Origin: the human T2T-CHM13v2.0 reference genome, Homo sapiens
DNA: 64,000 bases
Assembly: GCF_009914755.1 (NCBI RefSeq)
Contig: NC_060934.1
Strand: one strand, 5' to 3'
Both the position numbers and the translations under genes were made by a program. Each line of letters starts with the position of its first letter. Positions within the stretch are counted from its first letter, which is position 1. Below are positions 1 to 18,733 of the stretch, one piece after another. The notes beneath the pieces are model-generated. The model worked only from the letters and a program-made list of their open reading frames with translations. It was not told the origin of the DNA and did not search any database.

Positions 1-368
1 CCTCCTCCCCACCCACAGTCTCTGCAATTTTTGCTCCATAGTTCTCCCTTTTCCAGAATGCAACATGAAGGGTATTATACAGTTCAGTCTCCTTCAGGGC
101 TGCTTTCACTTCACAAGACGCTTTTGAGATTTCTCTATGTTCTTGGGTGTATCAGTAATTCGTTCTTTTTATTTCCAAGTGGTATTCCATTGTATTGTTT
201 ATCTCAGTTTATCCATTTACAGTTGATGAACTTGGCTTGTTTGCAGTTTGGGGTGACTATGAATAAAGCCGTTATAAACATCTCACACAGGTCTGTGTGA
301 GAACATATGTCATATGTTTTCATTTCTCTTGGGTAAAAACCTAGGAGTGGGACTGTCGGGTTGTATGG

Positions 369-1158
<790 letters not shown>

Positions 1159-1627
1159 GTACGGTCAGTCGGTGTACATTTCACTTAATGGGCACTTTTT
1201 CCCAAAGTGCCCATATTGACGTTCCCACCAGCAATGCATGAGAGTCCTGGTTGTTCTATGATCCATCAGCAGTCGACACTAGCAGTGTTTTTCATTTTAG
1301 CCATTCTAATAGGTGAAGAGTGGTTTTAATTTTTATTTTTCTAATGGCTTATTATGTTGAGCACCTTTTCATGTGCTATTTGTCATCCATATATCTTCCT
1401 TAGCGAAGCTTCTGTTCCAGTCTTTTATCCAGTTTTTATTGGTTGTGTGTATTTTCTTAATAAGTTGTAAGAGTTCTTTTACAGGCATGTGTTTTCTAAA
1501 TATTTCCTCCCCATCTATGACTTCTCTTTTTATTTCCTTAACAATGTATTTTGAAGAAGAAAAAACTTTAAATTTGAAGGCTTATTTATCCATGCTTTCT
1601 TTTACGATTTGTGTTTGTGTCCTAGCT

Positions 1628-1658
<31 letters not shown>

Positions 1659-1927
1659 GCCCAAGCTAAGCACACAATTACATTCTCTTATGTTTTCTTT
1701 TAGAAGTTTTATAGTTTTTGCTCTTACATTTAGGTCTATGACGTATTTCAAATTAATATTTTCATATGGTGCTAGGCAATGGTGTAAAGGTTGAATTTCT
1801 TTTTTTTTCATTAGTATACAGATGTTCCATTGTTTGCTTTTTGAAAGGACTATGTCTTATACATTGATGAACTTGGTAGCTTTGTTGCAAATCAGTTGAC
1901 CGTGTAAGTGTCTATCTACGTCTGGAC

Positions 1928-2236
1928 TTTCTTTCTTTCTTTTTTTTTTTTTTTTTTTGAGATGGAGTCTCGCTCTGTCGCCAGGCTGGAGTGCAGTGGC
2001 ACAATCTCGGCTCACTGAAACCTCCGCTCCCAGGTTCAAGCCATTCTCCTGCCTCAGCCTCCTGGGTAGCTGGGACTACAGGCGCGTGCCACCATGCCCA
2101 GCTAATTTTTGTATTTTTAGTAGAGACGGGGTTTCACCATGTTAGCCAGGATGGTCTCGATGTCTCGACCTCGTGATCCGCCCACCTTGGCCTCCCAAAG
2201 TGCTGGGATTACAGGCATGAGCCACCGCGCTTGGCC
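1928..2236 (-). mobile_element. AluS (Sc-like)
   Basis: Full antisense dimer; TSD tctggactttct / tctggattttct. Confidence 0.95.
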
Positions 2237-2452
2237 TATTTCTGGATTTTCTATCCTGTTCCATGTCTCTGTATATCTAACCTTTCATCAACACCACCCT
2301 TTCTTATTTGTATTACTTTACAGTAACTCTAAAATTCAGGTTTTGTGAGTCATCTAACTTTGTTGTTCTCCAAAATTATTTTGGTTGTACTAGGCCCTTT
2401 GCTTTCATATACATTTTAGAATAACGCTGATTTTTTTCAAAATGCTTACTGT

Positions 2453-2700
2453 ATTTTTTTTATTATTATAATTTAAGTTCTGGGATACATGTGCAGAACA
2501 TGCAGGTTTGTTACATAGGTATACACGTGCCATATTGGTTTGCTGCACCCATCAACCCGTCAACTACATTCGGTATTTCTCCTAATGCTATCCCTCTCCC
2601 AGCCCGCCATCCCCCAACAGGCCCTGGTGTGTGATGTTCCCCTCCCTGTGTCCATGTGTTCTTGTTGTTCAACTCCCACTTATGAGTGAGAACATACCGC
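2453..2700 (-). mobile_element. L1PA 3' terminal fragment
   Basis: ttaagttctgggatacatgtgcagaacatgcaggtttgttacataggtatac...cccacttatgagtgagaaca. Confidence 0.9.
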
Positions 2701-4224
2701 ATTTAACTGATGTCTTAATATATAGTCTTCTGACACATGAACATAGTATATCTCTCCATTTATTTAGGTCTTGTTCGATTTCCTTATCAATGTTTTGTAC
2801 TTTCCAGCATACAAACCTTACATACATTTTGTTAAAGTAATCCCTAAGTATTTCTTGGTTTTGATGTTATTGTAAATTATACATTTTTAGAATTTCAATT
2901 TCCAATTATTTATTGCTTGTATTTAAAAATACAGTTGATTCCCACAGATTGACCTTGTATCTTATGAACTTGACAAACTCACATATTATATTTCTTAGTC
3001 ATTTTTTAAATAGTTCTTTGGGATTTTTAATGTAGATAATCATGACTTTTGCAATAAAGTCCATTTTATTTCTTAGGTTCTCTGTTTTTTTAAATTTGGC
3101 ATTCTTTTCAGGGAATTTCAGGGAAGAGGCATGTCCACAGCCAGTGAGGAGAGTGAGATTTGGTTTCACATTTCGATGTTTTGAAAGCAACATTAAACTG
3201 CTGTTTATATTATGTAGACTCCTTTCTTACTTTTTCTGTTTAACAGAAAAATTCTGTGGCCCTGTTATTTGTGTTCTGTGACTGACTCCTACTGCAGACT
3301 CTTTGATTCTAGATCTTAAGTGTTCAAACTATAATGTTCCCTTTGGATGAAATATTTCCTCCTGTGGTCCACTTTTTAAAACGTATATGAAATGGGACAT
3401 TTTGTGGCTAGACATAAGCCAACGCCACAGGGCAAGGAAAAATTAAAACAAGACATTTGATTAAAGAGTGAAGACAAGGAATTAAAGAATATAAAAAGGA
3501 AACTAATTCTTACCTTAGGCTGCAATTCTATTAAAAGAAACAGGATACATGGCCCTGAGAACTCCCCTAGGTTCCCAGACTAGAAGCATCTGTTGATTTG
3601 AAGCTGGGGAAGAGAGGAAGGAGCATAAACAAGATTTGAAACAGGATTTGGCTTTTTTTGAGGCCTTCCCAGCCGATGTGGGGTGGCACCAGCCCCATTC
3701 CACAGCTCGCTTGTTAGCTGCTGAAAGCGGAGTATAACGCTTGGAGAGCAAAAAGAAAGGGAAGGAAAAATTCTTCAGGGTAAAAAAAAATGTACAAAAG
3801 TACCTTGCAGTTAAGAGAGGGTCTGCCAAGTCAATGAACACTAACAATAAAATATGTTCATGTTGCTCTGTGATTCCAGGTCTTTTCTCTTCCAACTAAT
3901 CAGATGCATCTTAAATACCCCAAAACATGACCGCTTATACCAACAAAGCTTTTCCACAGTCTCTCCATGGAGTAACATTCCTGGCTTTTCATCTTGGCTT
4001 CTCCATCAACACATTTAATACAGTCCATCTTTCAATATTCATTCAATAAACATCCATGCATCCAACGGGGGCCAGGCAATATGTCAGGACCTAAGAATAT
4101 GGAGATGAAAAATGAGGTCACTGCCCTCAGCAGACTTACAGCCTAGCAGAGGAGACAGACATTGGAGCAAACATAATACAATAAATGCTGTGATGGACAA
4201 GCACCTGGGAGCTAGTATGAGAGA

Positions 4225-4505
4225 TTTTTTTTTTTTTTTTTGAGATGGAGTCTCGCTGTATTGCCCAGGCTGGGGTGCAGTGGTGTGATCTCGGCTCACT
4301 GCAACCTCTGCCTCCCTGGTTCAGAGATTCTCCTGCCTCAACCTCCCGAGTAGCTGGGACTACAGGTGCATGCCACCATGCCTGGCTAATTTTTGTATTT
4401 TTAGTAGAGACGGGGTTTCACTATGTTGGCCAGGCTGGTCTGGAACTCCTGACCTCGTGATCCACCCGCCTTGGCCTCCCAAAGTGCTGGGATTACAGGC
4501 ATGAG
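4225..4505 (-). mobile_element. AluS, slightly 5'-truncated
   Basis: Antisense Alu with T-tail, inserted in an L2-like relic. Confidence 0.95.
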
Positions 4506-5460
4506 ATTCTTAAACCAGGCCAGAGAGAGAAAGTCAGAAAGCTTCCTGGAAGAGAAGGCATCTAAGCAGCACATTAAAGCTTCCGTACACTAGACACACT
4601 CTTATTGGCTATTTTGGTTCAAGTACATGGTCAGTTAATCAGAACAGGAAATTACAGAAACATAATGTATGCCCTAAACACTTAATTTAACATAAACATA
4701 TGTTGAGCATTTGTGTCCCAGTTTATTTGACTGCAGGCTCACAGTTTTCCTTTAAACATAAATCTTCTGATTGGAGTTCCCTGTAGAAATCACAGGGATT
4801 TCTTTCCTGTAGAAATCACCACACTCCTAATGCATTCATTAACTACACAATTTCTAGTTTGCCTCTTCAAAGGGGAACAGGAATGTGGAGAGAATTGCAA
4901 AGCAACCTGAGTAAAGCATCCTTCTTGACTGATACTAGTTTATCCATCTGATACAATTCTCTTACCCACACCTAATTTGACAGCATTTTGTTTTAAGCTG
5001 CTCATGTTCATTCTTGTCAAAGCAATTGACTTGATTTTGATTATCACAACCCTCTTTCTTTTGGTGTTCATCTTTTGTTGATTTAATATTTAATTATACA
5101 ACAGTATTAAAATAACAACTAGCACAACAACGCAATAAAGCAATAAGGCAAACGCACCTTATTCTTCTTAAGCAAACAACTCAATCAGTAGACACAGAAG
5201 TAGGTGGAGGACAGCTTATCACCTGCAAAAGTCCAGCAGGCCACAAGACTCACCCTGTGCATCTTTCATCAGGAATTTAGGTGACAGTTAATCCCAACTG
5301 TGGCTAAATAAAGATCTGGTAAAACATCTACTGCAGAAAAGGTACAGACATTCAAAGGAGAGTGACCAACACAGAGAGCTGAGATGGGCACAAAGGAAGC
5401 ACACATATTCAGAGGAGGAGTCGGGAGAGCTCAGGCGTCAAGCTAACTAGCTCAAAACTG

Positions 5461-5745
5461 GGTCAGCGTGGTGGCTTACGCCTGTAATCCCAACATTTTG
5501 GGAGGCCAAGGTGGGCAGATCACAAGAGGCCAGGGGTTTGAGACCAGCCTGGCCAACATGGTGAAACCCCATCTCTACTAAAAATATAAAAATTAGCTGG
5601 GCGTGGTAGTGCAGGTCTGTAATCCCAGCTACTCAGGAGGCTGAGGCATGAGAATTGCTTGAACCTGGGAGGAGGAGGCCGCAGTGAGCTGAGATCGCCC
5701 ACTGCACTCCAGCCTGGGGGACAGACAGGGACTCTGTCTTAAATA
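5461..5745 (+). mobile_element. AluS
   Basis: Full dimer, eroded tail. Confidence 0.93.
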
Positions 5746-6296
5746 GATAAGTAAATCGCTCACACTTGGGCTATGTATCTTAAAGGCATATGAAACAACT
5801 CATTTTCCTTAATTTTTCTGTCGCTCAATGAGAATGTCAAACTCATCTTTCTCAACGTCAACACTGAACACTGGTGAAGACACCACTATTTTAATGAACA
5901 TGCCAACATTTGTTACAAAGCCTTCTCCTGAAGAATGGAGCATCACAATATATCAGTTGTGTCATCAGCAACCACCGTACTGACCCCTAAAGGGCTCCTA
6001 GCAAACATAAAACAATGGAGAGGCAGGTGAGGGAAGCTGGTGCCCAATTCACAAAACCCACAGAGGATCATTAAAAAACCACTAGAGGCTTTGAAAGAGA
6101 TCTATTAACTATACAAACAATGGAGTGGCTATAAGGACGGTGAATAAAACTATGAAAGCCATCAGAAGACGTGAGAAGTGTGGAAGCTGTTCCAAGGCTG
6201 GTGGGAAAAGCTGGAGAAGAAATGGCCAAGCCAGTTTCCACTGGGTCACGGCTTTGTCTATCCTGCCCCATCTCAAAATCAAAAGAACTTGAGGGA

Positions 6297-6561
6297 GTCT
6301 CAGCACTTCTGGGAGGCTGAGGAGGGTGGATCATTTGAGGTCAGGAATTGGACACCAGCTGGCCAAAATGGTGAAACCCCATCTCTGCTAAAAATACAAA
6401 AATACGCCAGGTGTGGTGGTGTGCGCCTGTAATCCTAGCTACTCGGGAGGCTGAAGCAGGAGAATTGCTTGAACCCAGGAGTTTGAGGTTGCAATATACA
6501 GAGATCCTGCCGGTGCACACCAGCCTGGATGACAGAGCAAGACTCCGTTTCAAAAAAAAAA
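6297..6561 (+). mobile_element. AluS, 5'-truncated
   Basis: Dimer with A-tail; TSD-like aagaacttgaggg / aagacttgaggg. Confidence 0.92.
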
Positions 6562-6858
6562 GACTTGAGGGTCAACTCCCAAAGAACTTGAACGTCCCTG
6601 AGTCCGTTTTCGTATTTGAGCATAACAAGCTGCACTCATGACAAATGTCATAAAATAACTAAAGCAGCTGGCAAACGCAAGAAAAGAAAAACAGAGTGGG
6701 TGGAGCTGTTAAATCAATAATACAGAGGTCTGAGAAGCAGAAGCACATACATAAGGAAGTTCCTTTCTCCAGATCAGTAGATATTCAAGGGTAAGAACTC
6801 TGGTAATCCACTGATCTAGGTGGATGACAATAGTTTTGTTGATCAGAATGTCATGTGT

Positions 6859-7157
6859 GGCCGGGCATGGTGGCTCACGCCTGTAATCCTGGCATTTTGG
6901 GAGGCCTAGGCAGGTGGATCACTTGAGGTCAGGAGTTTGAGACCAGCCTGGCCAACATGGTGAAATCCCGTCTCTACTAAAAATACAAAAATTAACCAGG
7001 CATGGTGGCATGCACCTGTAATTCCAGCTACTTGGGAGGCTGAGGCAGGAGAATTGCTTAAACTCGGGGAAACAGAGGTTGCAGTGAGCCAAGTTGGCAC
7101 CACTGCAGTCCAGCCTGGGTGACAGAGTAAGACTGTCTCAGAAAAAAAAAAAAAAAA
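6859..7157 (+). mobile_element. AluS (Sx/Sz-like)
   Basis: Full dimer; TSD gaatgtcatgtg / gaatgtcgtgtg. Confidence 0.95.
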
Positions 7158-7165
7158 GGAATGTC

Positions 7166-7207
7166 GTGTGCGTGCGTGTGTGTGTGTGTGTGTGTGTATG
7201 TGTGTGT
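7166..7207. repeat. (TG)n microsatellite
   Basis: Directly visible. Confidence 0.95.
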
Positions 7208-8292
7208 ATCCCTCCCAGCCCTGGGAATTTTTCAACCTGCCATGAAATCTCTGCTTTGTCTCAGAGTCATCTTTCGTTTCATCTTCTTTGACTCTCTGAT
7301 GACGCCTCATCTAGTCCCAAACACCTCTCCAGAACAATGAGCAGAGCCTGCCCCCTGCTCTGAGATGAAGCCTTTGTAACTGCTCCAGCCAGGGCCTGAC
7401 AGCCATGAGTACAACTGTCCTGGCTGCTCTGCAGGGAGCTCATAAGAACAGGGAAACAGGAGGGCCCAGCTCTGCCTGGCAGCTGTGACATGGTGTGCCA
7501 AAATAGGCATTAATGTCGCGTGCAAGAGAAACAGGCAGAAGAGACAGAAGGATTTATCTCTTGTTAGAACTGAGCTGCGTTTTACAATCCAAATCAAATT
7601 TCTTGGTCATTTTTATGGTGAAATTCTCGTGGTTTCAGAGTCCAGTGCTATTGCTTAGAAGGAAAAAAAAAGTGGCACAGAAGAATAACTGAATTAAATA
7701 AATATTCAAGAGTACTTTGGCCTAGACAGATTCAGTACAACACAACAAGCAAAACCATCCGACCTCCATGCAGCTGCTCATGGATTAAAAAAAAAAAAAA
7801 AAAAAAAAAAAGCTAATTTCAACAGGGCTGCTGAATAATCAAGGCTTAAAAGGAGAAGTCGTAATGGAATCTGATCTGTTGCCTACATCGTTAGAGAACA
7901 TACAGCTTTGTACATCAAAGCAAAGCACATCCTCCTTCCTCATTAGAGCCAAGGGGAGGCTTGGGATACTGGGTCCCCCCACCCCGGTACACTTGGGACT
8001 CTTTTAAGACCGTGGTTGTTTTGAAGCTGGCAAAGCAGAGGAGAGAAAAGCCATCTTCTCTTATGGTAATGATTTTATTTACTCTGTTGAAGGCTGGTCA
8101 CTGCTGATCACTGCCAGCCCCTGGGTCGCCTGGGATTTACAGAGGACTCTCTTCATATAGCATGAGTTCACTGAGATTGCTCCCTTCTCCTCTGTCTTCA
8201 ATATACGATTCATCACATAAACAATAAAAACAATGCTGGTCTATATTTGAAGGAAATTTTACAGTTTTCAGTCAGACTGTGCAATTGTCTAA

Positions 8293-8683
<391 letters not shown>

Positions 8684-9421
8684 GAGATGGATCATTTTAT
8701 AGTATTAGTTGTCTTGTGCTGCTTGGTTCCTTTAAGAGACTCCGTGTATCTCAGCAAAGCTCTTTGGCCTTGCATAAAAAGTACTATGGAGCACATTGTC
8801 GATGGCCTCTGATTTAGTGTTTTATCTGCACCCACCTGATCTGTTTGTACCTCTTTCTATCTTTTGGACATCTGGATTTAAATCCTCATTTATTATCTGG
8901 ATTTGCTTCTGCACCAAATGGCTATGTTCCCTCTTCTCATCAACATCTCTTACCTCTCCGGATGCTCTTAATTAGATATGACCATAACCTGAAGGTGAGC
9001 TTCAAACAGGTTATTTACAAGACAGACACTGGTGGACCTAGTTCCTGCTAGGCACCAATTACCCCAGGGCAATTTAGGTAAATTACCATGGTTTGAACAG
9101 CAGTCTAAATTGTGGTCATAAGATTAAAAAGGAAAATTTCCTAAATAGATGTTATTAATTCTTAAAGTATTGCAATCTGATTCTACCAAAACATACTTTC
9201 GTCACAGTCCTAATTTTCTCCATCCCAAGCTATTTAACGTTATATTCAGAATATTATCATTAGAATGGTTTTAGAAACGGACCATATGGATAAACAGACA
9301 GGAGGAGATCAGCGGAATCTAAAGGGTGTCATGCAAATACCTGTTAAAATCATGCAAATATCTGTTAAAATAGCAGCTCTGCTAGACAGGAAGATAGAAT
9401 GTAAAAAGAATACAGAGGTGA

Positions 9422-9720
9422 GGCTGGGTGCAATGGCTCACGCCTGTCATCCCAACACTTTGGAAGGCCAAAGTAGGAGGACCACTTGAGGCCAGGAGTT
9501 TGAGACCAGCCTGGACAACATTAACGACACCCCATCTCTACAAAGAAATTTTAAAAATTAGCCGTGGTTGAGCACACCTGTAGTTCCAGCTCCTTGGAAG
9601 GCTGAGGCAGGTAGATCGCTTGAGCCCAGGAGTTCAAGGCTGCAGTGAGCGAGGATCACACATCTGCATCCTCGCCTGGGGGACAGAGTGAAACCCTGTC
9701 TCTATAAAAAGAAAAAAAAA
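9422..9720 (+). mobile_element. AluJ
   Basis: J-type ttgagcccaggagttcaaggctgcagtgagc. Confidence 0.92.
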
Positions 9721-9997
9721 TCAGAGTAGAAATAAGCATTTAACAGATTGGTTGAATCCAACGAGAGAGTGGCACAAAGAGGGAGATCAGAATTAGGGTT
9801 TGGAAGGAAGGTCACAGGACGTCATTTGCCTTAACCAGAAGATATAATTGAGAGTAACTACGAAGGGTAGGCGTGAATTCAAGGGCTTAGGGCAGAAGAC
9901 ACAGACTTGGAGTCCATGGTTGGTATAAGCCACAATTATTATAAAAAGGTCAATACAGCAGTCTATTCGTGAGAATAGTTATGCTGGAAGTCCATAG

Positions 9998-10370
<373 letters not shown>

Positions 10371-10704
10371 CATAGCTCTATCTTTCCTACCCAGATGGGT
10401 CTTTCCAGTTTATGTGCTACTCAGTCTCTGAGAAGGTAACCCCAATGCACTAGGAATGGAAACCCCAACTTCCTTGGGAAGTATTTGTAAACTTCTTAGA
10501 AAGATAAATGAAATGAACGTGGGATACTGTAATTGGTTCTTTGGTGGGTAAATATATTTTAACCCCAGGCAAGGTTAGATCCGAGTCAAGTCTAAAGATG
10601 ATTAACTAAATCAAACTCACAGTATTATTTGTGTGTTAATATAGGGAATAGTTTTGTGCATGATTTATATTTTAAATGTTTGTATTGTATAAAATAATTT
10701 GAGA

Positions 10705-10837
10705 ACTGTGTATGGTGGCTTACACCTGTAATCCCAGCACTTTGGGAGGTTGAGGTGGGAGGATCGCTTGAGCCTAGTCGTTTGAGACCAGCCTGGGCAA
10801 TACAGCAAGACCCCATCTCTATAAAATAAAATAAAAT
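10705..10837 (+). mobile_element. FLAM / free left Alu monomer
   Basis: Single left arm followed by a (TAAAA)n tail. Confidence 0.85.
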
Positions 10838-11137
10838 GAAACAATTTGGTATGACTAATAGATTTAGACTCATGCTTTTAAGTTGACACAATAAAACCAA
10901 ATTTGTAAACAGTACTGAAAAGCTTAGGAGAATTAAAATTTACATAAATGCTTATAAATATGTTATATATATATTAGCTTTATATTACAAGTCTCAGGAA
11001 AGTTGTGGTATTAAAAACTTGAAGGATTTAGAAAGAAAACTAAATATATAAAATTTATAAATATGAAAGCAATTTAAGATGTTTAAAGGAGTTTAACTTT
11101 CTAAGTGGAACCAAATATTAACCACGGACATAAAAAG

Positions 11138-11519
11138 TATATATATACTATATATATAAAATTTATATTTATATAATACATGTTATAAAAATATAAATTA
11201 CATAAATATAAATTATATATAATTTATATATATTATAAATATAAATTATATATAATTTATATATATTATAAATATAAATTGTATAAATATATAATTTATA
11301 TATAATATATAAATTATATAAATATATGTAATTTATATATATAATATATATTATATATTTAATATATATAATATATATTATATATTTAATATATATAACA
11401 TATATTATATATTTAATATATATAACATATATTATATATTTAATATATATAACATATATAATATATATATTTAATATATATAACATATATAATATATATA
11501 TATTTAATATATATATATA

Positions 11520-11520
<1 letters not shown>
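11138..11520. repeat. AT-rich minisatellite / (TA)n-derived low-complexity tract
   Basis: Almost pure A/T, with repeated ~27-bp units such as atatattatatatttaatatatataac. Confidence 0.95.
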
Positions 11521-11811
<291 letters not shown>

Positions 11812-12550
11812 CATAAAAATAATTTTTAAAATTTATTGTTATTATATATGGCATAATATGATATAAATTTAGAAAAAAAACATGATTTTTACATTTACTT
11901 TTTAAAATCAAGTATTAATACTAAAAAACCGTGTAAATCACAAAACTGCAAACACACTTTCAACTTGAGATACATGAAAATGGATATATCTTTTTTGATG
12001 TTACACAACAAATGAACAATATTTATCACGTGAAACTTTGATAGAGCTTTATCTCCTTCCACAGGATGCTGTGTAAAGTAGGAGTTTCCTTCACTGAAGA
12101 ATTTCCTGTTCTCCATACTTAGATCTCGGGGCAAGAATCAAGACTTTTAAGAAAACATGCAAAATGTATTTCTCTTGCTCACTTCAGCAGTTTCACCTAA
12201 AGTAAGCACTTTATGTCCCATATACAACATTAAGACATGCTTATGCAGTTCACTATGCCTCACTTCTCTACTGATGCTAAAAAAAAAAAAAAAAAAATGG
12301 AAATAGAACTGCAGAAAAAATGGCTGAATTGCAAGATTTACCAAAGTGATCATTAGCAAAATATAGAATTGCCTACAAGTGCCCACTGCTCCTGAAGAAT
12401 CCCAACAAACAAGAAAAAAAAATGCACTGAGGCAGAGTTGAATTTTACATATATAAATTATATATTTCTTAGTTTCCCTTTCAAAACTATGTTTTGAAGT
12501 TAATTCTGTTTAAAAGTAGTCAGTTCTATGTTTTTTAAAAAAATCACATT

Positions 12551-12916
<366 letters not shown>

Positions 12917-13789
12917 TCAAATGCTATTGTCTGAATTCTATGAATATATAGGAATCTAGTCTGCTTGAAATGGTTTACCTAATGGACTTTTATTATTTTA
13001 CATTTATTGAGAGCCAGTGAAACAATGAATGAAAAGCAAACAGGCATGAATTTGTCATCTAAACCCTGCCTCTCTTTCTATTGTACTGATCATTACAAAA
13101 ACCTTTCTATTGGGATAAACAGACACTTTTCTCCCCGGGACAGTTTGTAATTATCTCACATCTTTTTTCTCACAGATGAATCTCAGTGCATATCCCCTGG
13201 CTGGGCCTGGGCAGCATCCTATCATCCCTTCAACAGAACTACATCACAGTCCCCTTCCTAGTTTACTCCTCCAGGATTTCTTTCATGAGCTGCCACCATA
13301 ACATCTCCTTCTAGCCAACATCCATATAAAGTACCATGTCAGGACAAGATTTGTCATGGCTTTCCTGGGATAATCTTGTCTATCCTTTTACATTGGGTTA
13401 TCTGTTTAAACAGAAGAGATGAACCAGTGTATAAATTCTACAGCACAACTTTTAGAATCCATCTATTTTTAGAGACAGATTTCTTTTCTGGAATTTGGCA
13501 GAAATTCCTTAAGACCAGATCAGAATTGACTGTGACCATTTGACCATTTTCCTGCCTGATTGATTTCTAAGAAGTCTACCACCATGCCCCGCCCCAAACC
13601 TAGCCCTGCAATTCAAGGAGACTTCCAGGGGAAAAGTGAGCACTGCTAAAAATGACCCCTCTTTTTTCCTTCTCTAACCTCCTGGGTCCCCACCCCGGCA
13701 ACTTCATCATCAGCCCCGATTCTGCCCTTTTGCTCCACAGTGAATTGCACCCCTCCTAACCCCATGCCATGAGCATTCCTCTCCAATGC

Positions 13790-13953
13790 CAGGCTGGCTA
13801 CCCAGGTTGTGAGGTCCAGTGCAACATGGAAATCTGTGACCCTCTGTCACCAAATGATTAAGCATTTCTAGAGGGTGACAGCCGAGCATTAAGCCAAGTG
13901 ACGGCTTTTATAAGGTAGGTTGCCATACGACCGCACAAGCTTGTAGCCCACGA
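13790..13953 (-). mobile_element. MER45A-like hAT MITE
   Basis: ccagtgcaacatggaaat...attaagcatttctagagggtgacagccgagcattaagccaag matches recalled MER45A antisense. Confidence 0.7.
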
Positions 13954-14016
13954 AAAAAAGTGCAGGTTCCTGAGCCATTAGGACCATTGGAATCCTCTGA
14001 TAAAATTAAGAAATCT

Positions 14017-14327
14017 GGCCAGGCACAGTGGCTCACACCTGTAATCCCAGCACTTTGGGAGGCCAGGCAGGCGGACCACCTGAGGTCAGGAGTTCAAGAC
14101 CAGCCTGGCCAACATTGGTGAAACCCCATCTCTACTAAAACTACAAAAATTAGCCAGTCATGGTGGCGTGCACTTATAATCCCAGCTAGTTGGGAGGCTG
14201 AGGCAAGAGAATCACTTGAACCCAGAAGGCAGAGGTTTCAGTGAGTGGAGATCGCGTCACTGCACTCCAGACTCCAGCCTGGGGGACAGAGCGAGACTCT
14301 GTCTCAAAAAAAAAAAAAAAAAAAAAA
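14017..14327 (+). mobile_element. AluS
   Basis: Full dimer; small internal duplication actccagactccag. Confidence 0.95.
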
Positions 14328-14631
<304 letters not shown>

Positions 14632-14913
14632 TCAGAAATCTTCGTCTAAGAATTATTACGTAAAGAAACCCAAAAGAAAGTTTTTCTCAGGAAAGAGTGA
14701 GTACAAAGAAAAGCTGGGAGAGAAAAGATAGCATCTGAAGTAGGGAAAGGAAGGGAGAGACACGAGATGGCACAAAGTGATTGAGGGTCCTGACTAGCAG
14801 ACTACAGAGACAGGGGGTACAGGGCAAGAAATGCCAGCTAGGGAAGGGGTTCAGAGATGAGGCTGGAGACCCATTTGCAGGAATGAGCAATGATTTAAAA
14901 TCATACAGCTGGA

Positions 14914-15207
<294 letters not shown>

Positions 15208-16110
15208 TCATACGGCTGGTCAAAAGCACTTCACTGAGTGATGGCCCCTTGGAGGGATCATGTGTAATTTACATAAGTCTTTAATTGTGAAACTAACTAA
15301 TGAAAAAGAGAATCTACACAATTCCTTAAGGGAAGCAATACATATACACATAGACTCCTGGTTTTCAAATACCACTATACAAGATATAATTGATGTTAAA
15401 ACTATTCTGGGAAAACTTAATCAACCTAATACTGCAGAAGGTGTTCCAAGATCTTCTAGTACTTTGGATAACCAGTAGGAATTTAATGATGGATTAAGTT
15501 ATTTCATTGATTCATTCTTACATTAACTTAATTACATTAATAAAATATATTAATTTATTGATGAATGAAAGCATAATATACCAGCTAATCTGTAATCCAC
15601 AGAATACTAAATTAGCTTTCATTAGATAGACTAAATTAAATAATATTCAGTAGGGGTCTAACAAATTTTTGTTGAGCCAGTCAATAAAACATAAACAAAT
15701 CCCTTATTAACCCCCAAATCTCAGAATTATAATTTTCCATTCTGCAACCTGACAACTTTTTTTCATAAGGCAGCTAGAGAAGATATTGATTCAATAGACA
15801 CCTGGTTTACAGAATTAATCTCATATTTCTTTTGCTTCCCATATAGCAAGAAACTTAAAATGTTTCTTTTTCTGGTCAATCATTACATCACTTTGTGGAG
15901 CATAAATAGAGCTTAGGGAAGAGATAAAACCAGTTGTAATGACCAAGCCTCAACTCACATGCCCTAAACTGAAGGGACACAGTAACATTTCATGCAGGCT
16001 TTTCCATAGTGCTATAAAGTAGATTGTGATGTTTTGTCCCTAATTGAGTTATGCTTTTAAGACATTGTTATTGATTTTTAAAATGATATGAAACAGTTTT
16101 TAAGATTTCA

Positions 16111-16413
<303 letters not shown>

Positions 16414-16509
16414 TCAAAATATATGCTTGGTGTCCACATTTTGGATAACAGGCAGCCAAAGCTGGGTTTATTTGCATGGAAATAGCTTTTCAAGAGAATG
16501 GGAATAAAT

Positions 16510-17405
<896 letters not shown>

Positions 17406-17454
17406 ACTACTTATTAAAACAAACAAACAAAGAATCAACACCCTCTGCCAGTGA

Positions 17455-17925
<471 letters not shown>

Positions 17926-18304
17926 AGAATGTGTTTTCCACTGAAATTCTGTGATAAATGATAGCTCCTGTGGAGCCAGGTGCACAATGAATTCAGTAGT
18001 CTTTACGCCAATCTACAAATAATACCATGACTTGTCTTATTGCTTCTATGAGAAAATGTGTTCCAAGTTTCAAACAACACACTTTGAAATTCCTGGAGCA
18101 CAACTACTTCTTCGATGCTCCTTTGGCTTCAGGATTGGCTACCTTCACCAATCAATCTGAGCACCCCTCATCCCCATACACAATGGTGGCATCCTATGCC
18201 CAATCAGAATAGGATGGATATGCACTCAGGATTTTGCCATAGTGTGACTCTTATAAAAAGGAGCCAAAAAAAAAAAAAAAAAGCCAACAATTCCAGGATC
18301 ATGT

Positions 18305-18338
18305 GAGAGAGAGAGCAAGTGAGAGAGAGAGAGAGAGA
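18305..18338. repeat. (GA)n microsatellite
   Basis: Directly visible. Confidence 0.9.
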
Positions 18339-18520
18339 AATGTCTACTTCTATGTGCACATAAAACTAAATGTATACGTTCTGCCTGTTGTCTACATACC
18401 TCTAACTCTTTTTGGGGGTAGAGTATATGAACTATTTAATAACTCAACGTAATGATGTTACATTTTAGAATAAGAACCAAGGAATCAGATTTCAGTAGAA
18501 AAGCAAAGCACTGAACACTA

Positions 18521-18733
18521 CATCTCTTGTGTGTCTAAATATTCTCTTTTTCTAAGGACATCAGTAATATTGGATTATGGCCCACTCTAACAGCCTGATT
18601 TTAACTTAATCACTTCTCTAAAGGTCCGTCTCCAAACACAGTTACATGGCGAAGGAAGTACTGGGGTTAGGGCTCAACATATGAATTTTAGGGGGGGTGG
18701 GGGAGTGGGTATGAAGATAATTCAGCCCATAAT
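18521..18733 (-). mobile_element. MLT1A/B-like LTR fragment
   Basis: taaggacatcagtaatattggatta...tctccaaacacagttacat...ttagggctcaacatatgaatttt. Confidence 0.75.

Noticed and set aside
11169-11486. I/Y/K-repeat ORF
   Set aside because: Translation of the AT-rich minisatellite
12040-12070. Isolated + strand splice acceptors (also near 47225-47245)
   Set aside because: No convincing paired donor or reading frame; such sites are common by chance
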